From assembly GCA_051382305.1 (NCBI GenBank), contig JBBCAV010000124.1, positions 1 through 28,529 on the forward strand: 28,529 nucleotides of DNA, given 5' to 3'. The stretch comes from Bdellovibrionota bacterium FG-2. Its GTDB lineage: Bacteria; Bdellovibrionota; UBA1018. Numbering within the stretch: position 1 is the stretch's first letter; every line of letters begins with the position of its first letter. Positions 27,912 to 28,529 of this stretch are shown here, piece by piece. The notes beneath the pieces are model-generated. The model made no database searches. It was given only the letters and a program-made list of their open reading frames with translations, and was not told the origin of the DNA. A program made the translations under genes and the position numbers.

Positions 27912-27940
27912 TGGCATATCAATGGCCTTGTTGCTATAAT
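27912..27940 (+). promoter_or_regulatory. Putative extended -10 promoter for the DUF4160/DUF2442 pair
   Basis: TGGCAT at 27912-27917, 17-nt spacer, TGcTATAAT ending at 27940. Confidence 0.5.
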
Positions 27941-27974
27941 GGAAAAAGGGCAGTGCATGGCGTATGCACGGGAC

Positions 27975-27999
27975 AGAGAAAGAGAGAGAGAGAGAAAGA
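27975..27999 (+). repeat. Purine-only tract containing (AG)7
   Basis: AGAGAA-(AG)7-AAAGA, 5 nt upstream of ATG 28005. Confidence 0.8.
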
Positions 28000-28004
28000 C
28001 TATA

Positions 28005-28265
28005 ATGCTGACCATTTCTCAGTTTTATGGAATTGTCATTCAGATGTTTTACGACGATCATAACCCACCCCATTTTCATGCTGTCTATGGTGAGTTCGAA
28101 ATATTGGTTGCCATATCGCCTATTCGAATTCTTGAAGGCAATATCCCAGGTCGCGTAAAATCTATGGTTTTGGAATGGGCCGCACTTCATCAAACAGAAC
28201 TTTTGCAAGATTGGTCCCTTTGTGAAAAGAAACAAAAGCCGTCAGACATTCCGCCACTAGAATAA
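28005..28265 (+). CDS. DUF4160-family protein (putative toxin of a DUF4160/DUF2442 pair)
   Basis: M.TIS.FYGI.I.MFY.DHNPPHFHA.YG...EG.IP......VLEWA..H..EL..DW......IPPLE. Confidence 0.88.
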   Translation: MLTISQFYGIVIQMFYDDHNPPHFHAVYGEFEILVAISPIRILEGNIPGRVKSMVLEWAALHQTELLQDWSLCEKKQKPSDIPPLE

Positions 28266-28278
28266 AGGAGTAATTGCT

Positions 28279-28452
28279 ATGATGAAAAAAATTACTGCCC
28301 TCGAAGTTTTGTCCAACCACAATCTAAATATTACCTTTAGCGATGGTCGAATGGTGCAATTGAATTTCAAAAACAAAATTAGACCCGGAACAGTAATGGC
28401 ACCCCTTTTAGATACTGAATTTTTCGTAATTGGCCAGCCGTCTAGGACATGA
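28279..28452 (+). pseudogene. DUF2442-family gene truncated by an IS insertion
   Basis: AAGGAG RBS; I...EVL....L.ITFSDG.......G.V.APL.D.EFF, then reads into IS sequence at 28426 and stops. The C-terminal W.NG.D region expected for the family is absent. Confidence 0.75.
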
Positions 28453-28529
28453 AGTCGGGTAATTTTCCTGCGAACAGCGTCCGCAGCGCATCCATGGGAT
28501 GCACTCCATTTTTTCTGCAGGTGGAGAGA
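28426..28529 (-). mobile_element. IS66-family (ISBst12-like) insertion sequence, one end
   Basis: The terminus begins GTAATTGGCCAGC (IS66 ends start GTAA) and lies 16 nt from the stop of a transposase-like C-terminus. Confidence 0.7.
28442..28528 (-). CDS. IS66-family transposase C-terminus (partial)
   Basis: Manual translation LSTCRKNGVHPMDALRTLFAGKLPDFMS* resembles IS66 transposase ends (ST.RK.G....AL..LF.G..P.F). Confidence 0.7.
   Translation of the reverse strand, partial: LSTCRKNGVHPMDALRTLFAGKLPDFMS

Noticed and set aside
27891-28004. N-terminal extension (RDRERERERK) of the DUF4160 ORF
   Set aside because: It is a translation of the promoter and AG tract; family similarity starts at ATG 28005.

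Overview
Bacterial chromosomal window of roughly 50% GC (by eye). The gene content suggests Bdellovibrionota/Oligoflexia, but that is inference. The left end is a tightly coupled minus-strand run: lytic transglycosylase, queD, queC, a DUF366-like protein, cmk and a GT9 glycosyltransferase (partial). Next come an RHH-antitoxin/Doc toxin pair, a ~1037-aa Ig-repeat/LamG surface lipoprotein gene broken by three single-base frameshifts, rimI, a short thrS and an HD phosphohydrolase. The middle holds a phage-like orphan, a tandem GNAT, an HNH endonuclease gene with an in-frame TGA, secreted hydrolases (HExxH proteases, an SGNH hydrolase), a pentapeptide-repeat protein and sodB. The right part has a comM-dnaJ-like-comEC competence locus, an SDR, a matrixin-like protease, a RluA-family synthase and a DUF4160/DUF2442 pair whose second gene is cut by an IS66-like element at the window edge. 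No rRNA, tRNA or CRISPR array was seen. The best candidate for an undescribed system is the queD-queC-DUF366 module, which places a biotin/lipoate-ligase-like protein of unknown function with 7-deazaguanine biosynthesis genes.
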